Assembly (NCBI GenBank): GCA_938004065.1
Contig: CALKWM010000038.1
Location: 2,466-66,465, forward strand
Length of the DNA stretch: 64,000 nt
Direction: 5' to 3'
From: an uncultured bacterium
GTDB taxonomy: Bacteria; Patescibacteriota; JAHJAL01
The position numbers and the translations under genes are program-made. The stretch's first letter is position 1. The number at the start of each line of letters is the position of its first letter. Positions 54,890 through 64,000 of this stretch are shown in pieces. The notes beneath the pieces were generated by a model. That model had not been told where the DNA came from. It saw nothing but the letters and a program-made list of their open reading frames with translations, and did no database searches.

Positions 54890-57523
54890 CTAAATATTAA
54901 AATTTTTGTTTTCATAGTTATTCATCCAAATTACATCCATATTTTGTTGATGGTAATTATTGAAATATGAAAATCTTTTTGGTTCTGGGAAAATATATTT
55001 CTCATTAATAAGAGCAATTCTTTCTTTGAGAGCTTCTTCAAAAGCACCACCGGTGCGATTGGTTCTTATTTGAGGATTTTCTGAAGTGAGAATTTTATCG
55101 ATACCGTTATCGGTGGCAAAAATCGATAGTTGTTTTATCAGTTCGTCAAAGAGTAGTTTTTCATCGATTTTAAAGAGAAATGTGCTGCAAGGATTTAGTG
55201 AGGCGGTAAGAATTTTTTGGCTATTTTCCTCGTAGTAATGGAGCAACACTAATCCTTGACAATTTTTTGTTTGCGAGTCATGTAAAGCCATTTGGAAATA
55301 ATTTGACATTTCCCACATATTTTCCGGTCTTTTTTCATTTCCTTCGTATGATAGAGGGTTGTCTCCGGATACGCATACACCGCCAACAGACCGAGTATGG
55401 GCGGAGGTATGATTTTTGGTGATATAACAATCGAGTTTTTTTAGTTGAGTAACTCGATCACTTGTAGTTTCTATGGGTTGAAATTTGGCAATTTCCTGAT
55501 CGATAAAATTTATCTCTTCCAAAAATATATCGTGAAATAATTGGGTTAAATAATTTGCAAAAAGATGCTGATCATAAGATTTATTGCCAATATTTTTTTC
55601 GAGGTCCAGATATTCTGTCAAATTTAATTCCCCCAAATGGATTGAAGCGGGATCGATTTTTTCCTTTTTTAGAATTTCCAGGGCTTTGGCAGCTTTGTTT
55701 TGTTCATTGGAAATAATACCGGCAATTGCTTTGCCTTTTTGGTCCAGGATGATTTCTTTGGTCTCATTCGTTTTAAAAAGTTTAGTTTTTTTGTTTTTTA
55801 ATACGTTTTCGATTTTCACCAATACATGAACACCGCCAATCTTGTCAATTTGCATTTTGTTTATTTTGTCCTGCATTAGTATTTCTTGTTCTTGACCGGA
55901 TATTTTCTGGTAGAAATGAGTTAAAATCTTTTCGAATACTTTATTTTCGAGGGCTTTGGTAACGATTTCTCTCTGGGTATCTTTGATTTTATCGGTGAAA
56001 AACTCTCTTATTTCCAATAGATAAAAATATTCCGGACTGGTTGATTGGTTTACTCTGTCTCGTGTGCCTTGCAAGTACTCCTCAATCACAGGAAAATGGG
56101 CTATTTGGTATTCGATAATGATTTGTTTTATTTCCGACGTGGTAATATCGGGATTCAGTTGAGCTTCCAGTAGAAGGACCAGAATCTTATCTTCATTGGT
56201 ACATAGTTTATCTTGAGAAATATTAAATTTATTAAAAATCGAATCAATTTTATGGCTAAACAAGGTTAGCTTTTCGTCGGAATTAAATTTGGTAATCTCA
56301 GATACGGGGTGTTTGATCTGGTATTCCAAAGTGGATAATTTATTTTTATCAAGTTTAACATTTTCTTTGACAACCATTTTATTACCAGGCATCAATTTGA
56401 TAGGATAATTATCTCTGATTGAAAATATTGATAAATCGGCTGTGCGGTCCGGGCAACTTTCATTGCTTTTAAAGCTGCTATATTGTGAATTTTGAGGATA
56501 GAGAGCTTTGATGATATCTTGGTAGTATTTTTCGTCGATAATGTTGGGATCTTGTTTGGAAGGAGAGGTAAATTTTTCTTTTTTCTGGTTAATGTCGTCA
56601 ATAAAACCCTGGAGAAGAATGGGGTCGTTCTGTTTTCTCAGATTGTGATAATCTTTTAGAACTTCACCATAGACAACTCCCGTATCTTGGTGACAGGATA
56701 GTAAACTGTATTCTGTTTCTAGATATTTAACCGCTTTTTTGTCGAATTTTGACAAATGCAACATAATTTCATGAGGTTCTCTTTCTTGCATTATTACTTG
56801 AAGTGACTCAATACCCAGATTTTTAAATTTGGGATAGTATTCAAGGTTAAAAATATTTAATGAGGTGTGCCGGGAGATTTTGATGGCAACACTATCTGAT
56901 AACCAGGGCATTTTTTGCAGTAAGTTAGTTACCAAAAAATATTTATCAATCCCATCGATCAGACCGGCAATGTAGTCATTGATTTTGACAATTAATTGGT
57001 GAGACAATTTTTGCATTTGATCAGCATTCAATACATGAGTAATATACATTATGCCTTCATTGTTTTTGTCACTTTCGAGAATTTGGTTGGCAATGTAGTT
57101 TATATCACAGCCCGAAAGATCATCGGCAATTTTTAAAAGATAATTTATTTTGTTAGCTGCAAGTAATTTATCAACTACAAGATGATGAAATACAGGGTCG
57201 ATTTCTTTGGCAAAACATGCCAAATGCAGAATCAAACCTTTTTCATACATTTTTTCAATAATTGTTGTTGGATCAGGGATATTAAATTGGTCTAAATGTC
57301 TGGCCAACTCACTTCCCAAGCCCGAGTCAATGAGGTGGAGGGCGTATTTCGTATGCATATTTTGGGGCAATTCGGAAACAAAAATTGAGTCAAAATCTTC
57401 AGAATTTTCGATTTTTTCCAGCCATTTTTGCTGATTGATTTTGTCTTGAAAAGCCGAATTTTCGTCGGGTAATTTTTTCGAATCTGATTCAGAAGGTCTA
57501 TATTGGTCAAAATTCTGGTTCAT
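54890..57523 (-). CDS. large cytoplasmic hypothetical protein (877 aa, predominantly alpha-helical, Cys/His-containing C-terminal region)
   Basis: Long uninterrupted ORF, no signal peptide. No recognisable domain. C-terminal segment CYITKNHTSAHTRSVGGVCVSGD... Confidence 0.5.
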   Translation of the reverse strand: MNQNFDQYRPSESDSKKLPDENSAFQDKINQQKWLEKIENSEDFDSIFVSELPQNMHTKYALHLIDSGLGSELARHLDQFNIPDPTTIIEKMYEKGLILHLACFAKEIDPVFHHLVVDKLLAANKINYLLKIADDLSGCDINYIANQILESDKNNEGIMYITHVLNADQMQKLSHQLIVKINDYIAGLIDGIDKYFLVTNLLQKMPWLSDSVAIKISRHTSLNIFNLEYYPKFKNLGIESLQVIMQEREPHEIMLHLSKFDKKAVKYLETEYSLLSCHQDTGVVYGEVLKDYHNLRKQNDPILLQGFIDDINQKKEKFTSPSKQDPNIIDEKYYQDIIKALYPQNSQYSSFKSNESCPDRTADLSIFSIRDNYPIKLMPGNKMVVKENVKLDKNKLSTLEYQIKHPVSEITKFNSDEKLTLFSHKIDSIFNKFNISQDKLCTNEDKILVLLLEAQLNPDITTSEIKQIIIEYQIAHFPVIEEYLQGTRDRVNQSTSPEYFYLLEIREFFTDKIKDTQREIVTKALENKVFEKILTHFYQKISGQEQEILMQDKINKMQIDKIGGVHVLVKIENVLKNKKTKLFKTNETKEIILDQKGKAIAGIISNEQNKAAKALEILKKEKIDPASIHLGELNLTEYLDLEKNIGNKSYDQHLFANYLTQLFHDIFLEEINFIDQEIAKFQPIETTSDRVTQLKKLDCYITKNHTSAHTRSVGGVCVSGDNPLSYEGNEKRPENMWEMSNYFQMALHDSQTKNCQGLVLLHYYEENSQKILTASLNPCSTFLFKIDEKLLFDELIKQLSIFATDNGIDKILTSENPQIRTNRTGGAFEEALKERIALINEKYIFPEPKRFSYFNNYHQQNMDVIWMNNYENKNFNI

Positions 57524-57650
57524 TTTAGGTAAGGGGGATTAATTTTCCAATTTTCAAATAAAATAATTTAAAATGAAAAAAATGTTGAATTGTTATTTTC
57601 GTTCTGCGACTTTACTTTATACTTGATACTTGAAACTTGTGACTTTTTCG

Positions 57651-60600
57651 TTAGAAGGTCGGCGTCGCGATATAGGTGATAGTGGTGGAATAGGTGCCGG
57701 GTGATTGGAATTTGGTTAGATTCAATCGATAACCGATACGAGTGATCTGGTCGGCTACGGGGCCGGAGTCATAGGCCACTTCTTGCGGTAGTGTGTCGAA
57801 AGCGGCCCATTTATCAGAAACGAAACGATCTACCGGTGAAGTAAAGAGCGAATCATCGGAAGTTGTATAACCGAAATACCCTTCGGTACCGGAGCCGGGA
57901 GGAGCGCTCCAAGTGGCCGGTGAAGAGTTGGAATGAGGGAAGTTTGAAATAGTGCCTGTTGCAGAAGTCATGGTCTGATCGTATTCGATAGTAACTACGT
58001 AACCGTCGGTAGCGTTGGTGGAAACTTGCAAATCATGAGCTTGGATACGGTCATCGGCATCGGAGTATAGACCAAAATCAACAGCGCCGGGGGAAGTGGT
58101 GGCAGAGGTGATAGTTGCACCGTTGACGTTGCCGGTGGCAACCGGTAAAATGTCGAAAGTTAGATATGATGGTACGGTGGCGGTTACGATAACAACGTGG
58201 TTTAAAAATACCATACCGTCCCCTATCTCAACCGGCTCACCAAAGCCACTCTGATTGTCATACAGGTTGTAACTCACCGAGAAAGAACCGGTACTGGATG
58301 GATTGGTCGGTTCGTTGAGGGCACCGATCGTAAATGATAGCTGGCCATCGGAATTGTCGATAGTGCCGGTAAATGGGAAGACGATAGCATCTTCACCGGC
58401 GGCATAACCGTGTTCAATCCACCATGCCCAGTGGTTGGCAACGATGGTACCGTCGTCGTAGATTATTTCATCGTTTGTCCAGGTAACATCACCACCACTG
58501 GCCGAGACGTCGTCTTTGGTTAGTTGTGAAAGATCATAATCATTGTGTAGTCGAATTTTGATACTACCATTGGAGATGGCGGTGGTAGTTAAATCAAGTG
58601 TGAACGTAACCAAGATATTTCCGGATTTTCCCGGATCGGAAGTTTCAAGCAATGCCCTCATACCTCCACCGGCTAAATTTTCATCAACTTCGTAATCGAT
58701 TTGATATGAATTGGTGGATTTGTTGCCGGCTACGTCCATGCAACGCATAAATACTGACTTGAAGCCGTCGGAATAATGGGCAACCGTACAATTGGTGGTG
58801 CTTTCACAAGTGCCGGTCATAGAGTCGTAAGCAACATTGGAATTACTCCATTTGCAGGCGACGGCGTCGGTGTCGGCAGTGTAAACGATCAAGGCCACGC
58901 CATCTTCGACGATATCAACATAGGGTGCCTGGGTGTCACCAGCGACGGAGCTAACGGTTAAAACATTGGGGACTATGCTGTCTATGGTGTAATTGACTTC
59001 ATAACTACTGGTCATCTTGTTGCCGGCTTCGTCACGACATCTAATATAAACAGTTTTGGCACCTTGACCGGAAAGATTGGCGGTACAATTGCCGGCCGAA
59101 GTACAAGTGTTGGGCATACTATCGTACGCCTGATCTACGAAAGACCATTTGCACTCGGTTGGGTCGCCACTGGTGTTGTATAGTATCTGAGTGGAACTAT
59201 CGTCGGTAGTGTCATAATAAGGCGAAGTGGTGTCGCCGGCAATTGATGTGATTGATGTGATTGACGGTGGAGTAGCATCAATAGTGTAATTTAGAACATA
59301 TGATGTTGGAGAATCCAGTTCGTTGGCATCACGGCAACGCATATAGACAGTTTTGGCGGTTTCGCCGGTAAGATCCAGATTACAATTGGAGGTATCGGTA
59401 CAAGTATTGGCCATAGCGCCGTAAGTCAAATCGGTTTCGTCCCATTTGCAACTGACGGCATCGGCCGAAGCGGTATAAATCACGTCTGTTGAGCCATCGT
59501 CAGTAGTGTCGTAATAAGTAGTAGTGGTATCACCGGCGACAGAGGTAATGGAAATAACTTCCGGCGGGGTGGAATCGATGGTGTAGTTGAGAGTGTAAGA
59601 AGATGAAGCCGCATTGTCAGCGCCGTCGATACATCGCAGGTAAACCGTATGGGCGGATTCGCCGGTCAGATTGAGTGTACAATGAGAGGAGTCAGTACAA
59701 CTATTGACCATAGCGCCGTAAGTTAAATCGGTTTCGTCCCATTTGCATCCGGTAACGCCGGTTAAATTGTCTGAAGAAGTAAATACGACCTGGGTATTAC
59801 CATCATCGGTAGTATCGACATAAGGGGCAGAAGTATCGCCAGCCACTGAAGTAATGGAATCAATGGTCGGTGCGGTTTTGTCGTATCTGGTCTCGTAGTT
59901 GTATTCATCGCCCCAGATGTCAGCCGAAGAGAACGGCCGAACATGCATGAAATGTATGCCTTCGGTAAATAAATAATTGTCAATATTGGAGTCGAGAGAA
60001 AGTTTTCGTAAATATTCATTGGATATTTCAGAAGGACTTAGAGCTTGATCAAAAATTTTCACCTCGTCTATGTCTCCATTAAATCTTCTCAGTACACTGC
60101 TCCATGAGATATAAATATCGCCATTGGAATTTTTGATGTTACCGGTAAAAGGATTTGAGTCTTCAAGCTGACCATTAATATAAAGTGATACATTACTACC
60201 GTCATAAACACCAACCACATGCGTCCAGACTCCATTATTTATTGTTGATGAAGAAATGGCATCGCCATAAGAGCCGGAAGTATTTTGGACATAGAACCGC
60301 CAATAGGGATTATACATTTGAAGATAAAAATCATCTCCTCCGCTATGCGGATCAGTACAAACCAGAGCATCATAACTGCTCACTGCTGCATTCCTTTTGA
60401 CCCAGGCCGATACCGTGATGGCATTTGACGGATGCAGTTCAATCGAGGAAGGTATTGTGACGTGATCATTTACGCCATCAAATGTTCTGGCATTACCCAA
60501 TTGGCCGGTGGTAACAGTCGATTCACTTAAAGTTCCATGGTTTCCTTCCCCACTGTGATCAAACGCTGTCGTAGTATTATCATTTTCAAAATTCCACCAG

Positions 60601-62075
60601 CCGACCAGATCGTCGTTGGTGATAGCGGGCACACTTGAGTCATTTTCCAGATAATAGTAATAGTAAAGCGGTTCGCTGATCTGATTGGAATAAGTTGATG
60701 TGCTCCAGTCGGAAATATTGTCCAAGGCGTCTTTGGCGCGGACAAAGTAATAGTAAGTGTTTTCATCCAGACTGGTGAATGTATATTCCGGATCAGTCAG
60801 CCACCCTGATGGAGTACAACCGGTAGTGGAATCCGTGTCGTTAATACAAAATTGATATTGGACAGTATCAACTCCGTCATCAATCACACTGGTGGAAGAG
60901 ACTGTGTTCTCTGTACCGGAAGTGTATTCCGGTTCGGCATTCATGGTCGGCACGGGTGGCGGGGTATTGTCTTGTTCGTATTCATAGTCTGATGAGGTGA
61001 GGTAACAATTGTTGGCATCGTCACAAGTTATGTATTTGAAATGACTGGTAATGGAAATGGAATGATCCGCCCAGGTGGGAGACGATTGGTCGGGCTCACT
61101 GGTGTCGTCAGTGTAACGAATTATAGTTCCTCCGGTTCCCGGCGTACAAGCAACAGCCAAATCGTCTTTGAAGTAAGTACCACTGACCGGGGTACAGGTA
61201 GGAGAGGCAGTGGGACCGGATTTATCGATTTTGAATTGGAGTGATTGAATACTTTGTTCATTGCCAGCATTGTCCAGTGAATAATAACGGAAATAATTTG
61301 TACCTTCAGTTGAAAAAGCTTGTGGTGATAAGTATTCGGTAGTGGGTGTACATGTATTGGTTTGATCAGTACAGAAATAAGTTGTATCAATGCCGGAAAA
61401 ATTATCCACTGGTACAGCAGTGATAGTGATATCGGTGGTGTACCAGTTATCACTACCCAACGTTCCTGCGGTAACTGAGGCGGAGGTAGTCGGGTCGGTT
61501 ACGTCTTTGTCGATACCAAACGATCGGGTTATGCTTTCATAATAGCCATCGTGGGCGCGAACATAGATGGTAGTCGCACCGTCGGCCGGGTAGTTTGTCC
61601 AAGAGGAAACATCGGGTGTGCCGACCATCGTCAAATCATCCACCGGACTGAGTTCGGTATCTATTGTATGCCAGTTAATTTCGTCAAAAGACCCTTCACA
61701 AGTAATCGTCTGATCCGATTCCGTGTCCGTCACACCCAGACACTGAATATTGAAAGCGGTTTGATTGAGTGAATTTATATAGCTTTCCGAGGTGGTAGCG
61801 CTATCCAGCAAAACTTCGTTGTCCGACTGGATGAAGCCGGATTCCAGATCGTAAGTTGTATTGCTGTCATGACTGCCGGCAAACGGTTCGCCAAAACTGT
61901 CGGTCAAAAAATAGTTGGTTGATGTGCTATCATCTGCACCGGCATTATTGGTTACATCATGTACAATCTCATAATTGGCACTGTTCATAGCCATGGCCGA
62001 ATAGCTAACCAAACCGGTCATCCAGACGGAGACAAGCATTACCAGAAATTTATTATTGATTAGTTTGGTTAACAT
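57651..62075 (-). CDS. giant secreted/surface protein: signal anchor, Ig/CHB_HEX_C-like DNAGN segments, LamG-like jellyroll domain, four ~96-aa Cys-containing tandem repeats, and a ~330-aa C-terminal module shared with 48864-51080
   Basis: N-terminal MLTKLINNKFLVMLVSVWMTGLVSYSAMA. LamG-like region (..NHGTLSES..FDGVNDHVTIPSS..VSAWVKR..GDIDEVKIFDQALS). Four repeats ..SITSVAGDT..YYDTTDDGST..CKW.ETDLTYGAM.N.CTD.S.C.L.LTGE.A.TVY.RC.D.A.N... C-terminus ...ITYIATPTF. Confidence 0.75.
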   Translation of the reverse strand: MLTKLINNKFLVMLVSVWMTGLVSYSAMAMNSANYEIVHDVTNNAGADDSTSTNYFLTDSFGEPFAGSHDSNTTYDLESGFIQSDNEVLLDSATTSESYINSLNQTAFNIQCLGVTDTESDQTITCEGSFDEINWHTIDTELSPVDDLTMVGTPDVSSWTNYPADGATTIYVRAHDGYYESITRSFGIDKDVTDPTTSASVTAGTLGSDNWYTTDITITAVPVDNFSGIDTTYFCTDQTNTCTPTTEYLSPQAFSTEGTNYFRYYSLDNAGNEQSIQSLQFKIDKSGPTASPTCTPVSGTYFKDDLAVACTPGTGGTIIRYTDDTSEPDQSSPTWADHSISITSHFKYITCDDANNCYLTSSDYEYEQDNTPPPVPTMNAEPEYTSGTENTVSSTSVIDDGVDTVQYQFCINDTDSTTGCTPSGWLTDPEYTFTSLDENTYYYFVRAKDALDNISDWSTSTYSNQISEPLYYYYYLENDSSVPAITNDDLVGWWNFENDNTTTAFDHSGEGNHGTLSESTVTTGQLGNARTFDGVNDHVTIPSSIELHPSNAITVSAWVKRNAAVSSYDALVCTDPHSGGDDFYLQMYNPYWRFYVQNTSGSYGDAISSSTINNGVWTHVVGVYDGSNVSLYINGQLEDSNPFTGNIKNSNGDIYISWSSVLRRFNGDIDEVKIFDQALSPSEISNEYLRKLSLDSNIDNYLFTEGIHFMHVRPFSSADIWGDEYNYETRYDKTAPTIDSITSVAGDTSAPYVDTTDDGNTQVVFTSSDNLTGVTGCKWDETDLTYGAMVNSCTDSSHCTLNLTGESAHTVYLRCIDGADNAASSSYTLNYTIDSTPPEVISITSVAGDTTTTYYDTTDDGSTDVIYTASADAVSCKWDETDLTYGAMANTCTDTSNCNLDLTGETAKTVYMRCRDANELDSPTSYVLNYTIDATPPSITSITSIAGDTTSPYYDTTDDSSTQILYNTSGDPTECKWSFVDQAYDSMPNTCTSAGNCTANLSGQGAKTVYIRCRDEAGNKMTSSYEVNYTIDSIVPNVLTVSSVAGDTQAPYVDIVEDGVALIVYTADTDAVACKWSNSNVAYDSMTGTCESTTNCTVAHYSDGFKSVFMRCMDVAGNKSTNSYQIDYEVDENLAGGGMRALLETSDPGKSGNILVTFTLDLTTTAISNGSIKIRLHNDYDLSQLTKDDVSASGGDVTWTNDEIIYDDGTIVANHWAWWIEHGYAAGEDAIVFPFTGTIDNSDGQLSFTIGALNEPTNPSSTGSFSVSYNLYDNQSGFGEPVEIGDGMVFLNHVVIVTATVPSYLTFDILPVATGNVNGATITSATTSPGAVDFGLYSDADDRIQAHDLQVSTNATDGYVVTIEYDQTMTSATGTISNFPHSNSSPATWSAPPGSGTEGYFGYTTSDDSLFTSPVDRFVSDKWAAFDTLPQEVAYDSGPVADQITRIGYRLNLTKFQSPGTYSTTITYIATPTF

Positions 62076-62111
62076 TAATTTAAATATTTTTAATAATTTC
62101 TTATTTTTTTC

Positions 62112-62894
62112 TTAACTACAATAATTTCGAATACAGCGGAAATATCGCAAACTACTATCGGTTTTGGTCACGGTACTTGATCCGCCAAAACTGAAATTGG
62201 TCGTGAAGGCGGTATTGACATCATTTTGATACGAACTCCAATAATCATTGGGTTGAAAACCACCTCCAGCAGAAACGCGATTGGTAAACAATGTACCAAG
62301 TTGAGTTTGTGCCGGTAAGAACCAGTCGCTATATCCATATTTGATTAAATTGTAACAATGATCGGCAGCCGGATTGGTCGGCGGATTATTGTTATATAAC
62401 CAGGTAGTGAGAGTTTCACCATCAGTAGGATCGCCGCCTGGCCATTCATTGTAGCCAACCGCACTAGCCCATTGTTTGGTCACCAGATCAATACCGCTAC
62501 AAGCCGGTTCATTTGTAGAGTTGGCACAACCGCTTGGCATTGCTACCATACAATTGGCGTATTTATAACCACCACCGCAGTTGGTACCGACGGCATCACC
62601 GGCAGTACATTCACAAGTTGGACCGGTACAGGTCGGACCACATGTAACATTGGCCAATCCACCGGCAGTACATTTATCATTGAAAGCGTTCCATTCCAAA
62701 TCAGTGTTGTTTGGCACAAAGTAGTCATACGAACTGTTATTGACTACTTGTCGGCTACGTTCGGTAATTACCGTGGTGGTCCCGTGGTTGGCACGATAAT
62801 AAGTAGCGGCATAGGCGATCAGAATCGGAATCGTAATCAAACAAAGCAGACTTAAAGCAACTATTAAAAATGTTTTTGTTTTGAACTTGAACAT
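62112..62894 (-). CDS. secreted Cys-rich protein with DUF1566 (Lcl C-terminal)-like domain
   Basis: N-terminal signal anchor. Cys-rich segment TCGPTCTGPTCECT. C-terminal DWFLPAQTQLGTLF...NDYWSS...YFRCIRN resembles DUF1566. Confidence 0.5.
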   Translation of the reverse strand: MFKFKTKTFLIVALSLLCLITIPILIAYAATYYRANHGTTTVITERSRQVVNNSSYDYFVPNNTDLEWNAFNDKCTAGGLANVTCGPTCTGPTCECTAGDAVGTNCGGGYKYANCMVAMPSGCANSTNEPACSGIDLVTKQWASAVGYNEWPGGDPTDGETLTTWLYNNNPPTNPAADHCYNLIKYGYSDWFLPAQTQLGTLFTNRVSAGGGFQPNDYWSSYQNDVNTAFTTNFSFGGSSTVTKTDSSLRYFRCIRNYCS

Positions 62895-62917
62895 AACTTA
62901 TTTTTTATTTTTTATGT

Positions 62918-63985
62918 TTATTTATTTTTCAATGTTTCAACTTCTTGTTTCAATTGATCAATTTGGGTTTGTTGTTCTTGAATCGCTTTCAACAATACCG
63001 CTGTCATGTTGCCGTATTCCATCCCTTTCATGCCAGTGCTTGGATTGGTAGTTACAAGCTCCGGATAATACTTCTCAACATCTTGGGCGATAAAACCTAT
63101 TTCCTTGTCGCCGCCGGTTTTCCAATTAAAGGTAACCGGTTGAATTTGTTTAACTTTTTCTAAAGTATTATCAGCCAATGGTTGAATATTGGTTTTCAAT
63201 CGTTGGTCGGAACTATAGATGAAAGAAGCAGCTTGCACGTCACCATTAACATCTAGTTCTTGTCCTGGATTTGTCATCCCAATCCCAACCATGCCGCCAT
63301 TGGGATTCAATGTGAGTGCAGTAGTTGTGACGCCGTTATAAACCGATTGAATCCAACCATAATACGGACTTGCGCCATTATTGTATCCCATCGCCAAACG
63401 ATATTGGTTTCCTCCACCAGTAACCAACAAAGAACCAAGTTCACCTGACGGTGAGGTGCTGGCTCCAGCAATATGAGTAGTAGTCAATGGTCCTGTAGTG
63501 CCAATCCCGAAATTACCGCCAGATGGATTAATAGTAACGGGCACAGAAGCTGCGTCATTAAGCATACCTTGTAGCCAGGTAGAACCATTGGACAAAGTTC
63601 CCATCGCTAAGCCATAGCCGTTATCAGATCCACGTAAATACAGTGATGAATTAGCTACACTGACACTAGAGGGAACAGTTCTGAGAATGCTAACTTTGGA
63701 AGATAATGTTCCAGTAGCACCGATACCAACATTCCCGGAAGAATCAACCATTATGTCGTCTTTGGAATTTGTACGACCTATACCAAAACTATTAGTGGCT
63801 CCGCTCCAACGATTACCGATATACCAATCGCTAGCGGTATCTTTGAAATGTATATTTTGGTCATAACTGGCACCACCTGTACTCTCGATTAATATTGAAG
63901 CATCTGCAGAACTTCTATTGAGGTGCAAACCGGCCGCTGGCGTAACTGTTCCTATACCAACGTTACCATTCCATCTCCAAGTCAT
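62918..63985 (-). CDS. tail-fibre-like Gly-rich beta-helical protein with C-terminal peptidase S74 intramolecular-chaperone domain (5' end probably beyond window)
   Basis: SDQRLKTNIQPLADNTLEKV...GFIAQDVEKYYPELV...MEYGNMTAVLLKAIQEQQ matches the S74 chaperone-of-endosialidase domain. Reading frame open to the window edge. Confidence 0.65.
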   Translation of the reverse strand: MTWRWNGNVGIGTVTPAAGLHLNRSSADASILIESTGGASYDQNIHFKDTASDWYIGNRWSGATNSFGIGRTNSKDDIMVDSSGNVGIGATGTLSSKVSILRTVPSSVSVANSSLYLRGSDNGYGLAMGTLSNGSTWLQGMLNDAASVPVTINPSGGNFGIGTTGPLTTTHIAGASTSPSGELGSLLVTGGGNQYRLAMGYNNGASPYYGWIQSVYNGVTTTALTLNPNGGMVGIGMTNPGQELDVNGDVQAASFIYSSDQRLKTNIQPLADNTLEKVKQIQPVTFNWKTGGDKEIGFIAQDVEKYYPELVTTNPSTGMKGMEYGNMTAVLLKAIQEQQTQIDQLKQEVETLKNK

Positions 63986-64000
63986 TAGATTAATACCTTG

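Noticed and set aside
62918-63985. Prophage tail region on the basis of the S74 tail-fibre domain
   Set aside because: No capsid, portal, terminase, integrase or other tail genes within the window. Neighbours are cellular surface proteins. S74 domains also occur in non-phage bacterial fibres. Cannot be excluded beyond the window edge.
1-64000. tRNA or rRNA genes in intergenic regions
   Set aside because: No cloverleaf-compatible GTTCGAATC-type T-arm motifs or rRNA-like conserved blocks were seen by eye. A proper tRNAscan or Rfam search was not possible.

Overview
Low-GC bacterial window with compact genes and many tiny repeat families, consistent with a reduced-genome lineage (possibly Patescibacteria/CPR; this is inference). 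Recognisable housekeeping genes: YabE-like wall protein, IMPase, serS, DedA, adenosine deaminase, hpf, uvrA, thrS (with a candidate T-box leader), miaB, miaA, PBP2, folD, rluB-like, trmD and gpmI. About 27.9-48.6 kb is a polysaccharide/glycan locus: a multidomain glycosyltransferase, GT2s, three SAM methyltransferases, a Wzm/Wzt ABC exporter, Dpm1-like/DUF2304, a GT-C-like membrane protein, a WbaP-like priming transferase and an O-antigen-ligase-like TPR fusion. Embedded in it is a serial integration hotspot carrying a Doc-family toxin-antitoxin pair and a Nudix islet. From 48.8 kb onward there is a surface-protein cluster: a GloVer-like beta-propeller repeat protein, a 1474-aa LamG/Cys-repeat giant protein sharing a ~330-aa C-terminal module with it, a DUF1566-like protein and a peptidase-S74 tail-fibre-like protein. 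The most unusual feature is a set of 50-60-nt palindromic MITE-like hairpin elements. They occur intergenically, flank two GIY-YIG nuclease cassettes, and are inserted in-frame, without stops, inside the essential tRNA-modification genes miaB (six elements plus heptamer microsatellites), miaA (three) and trmD (two blocks). This resembles Rickettsia palindromic elements. No rRNA, tRNA or CRISPR was detected by eye.
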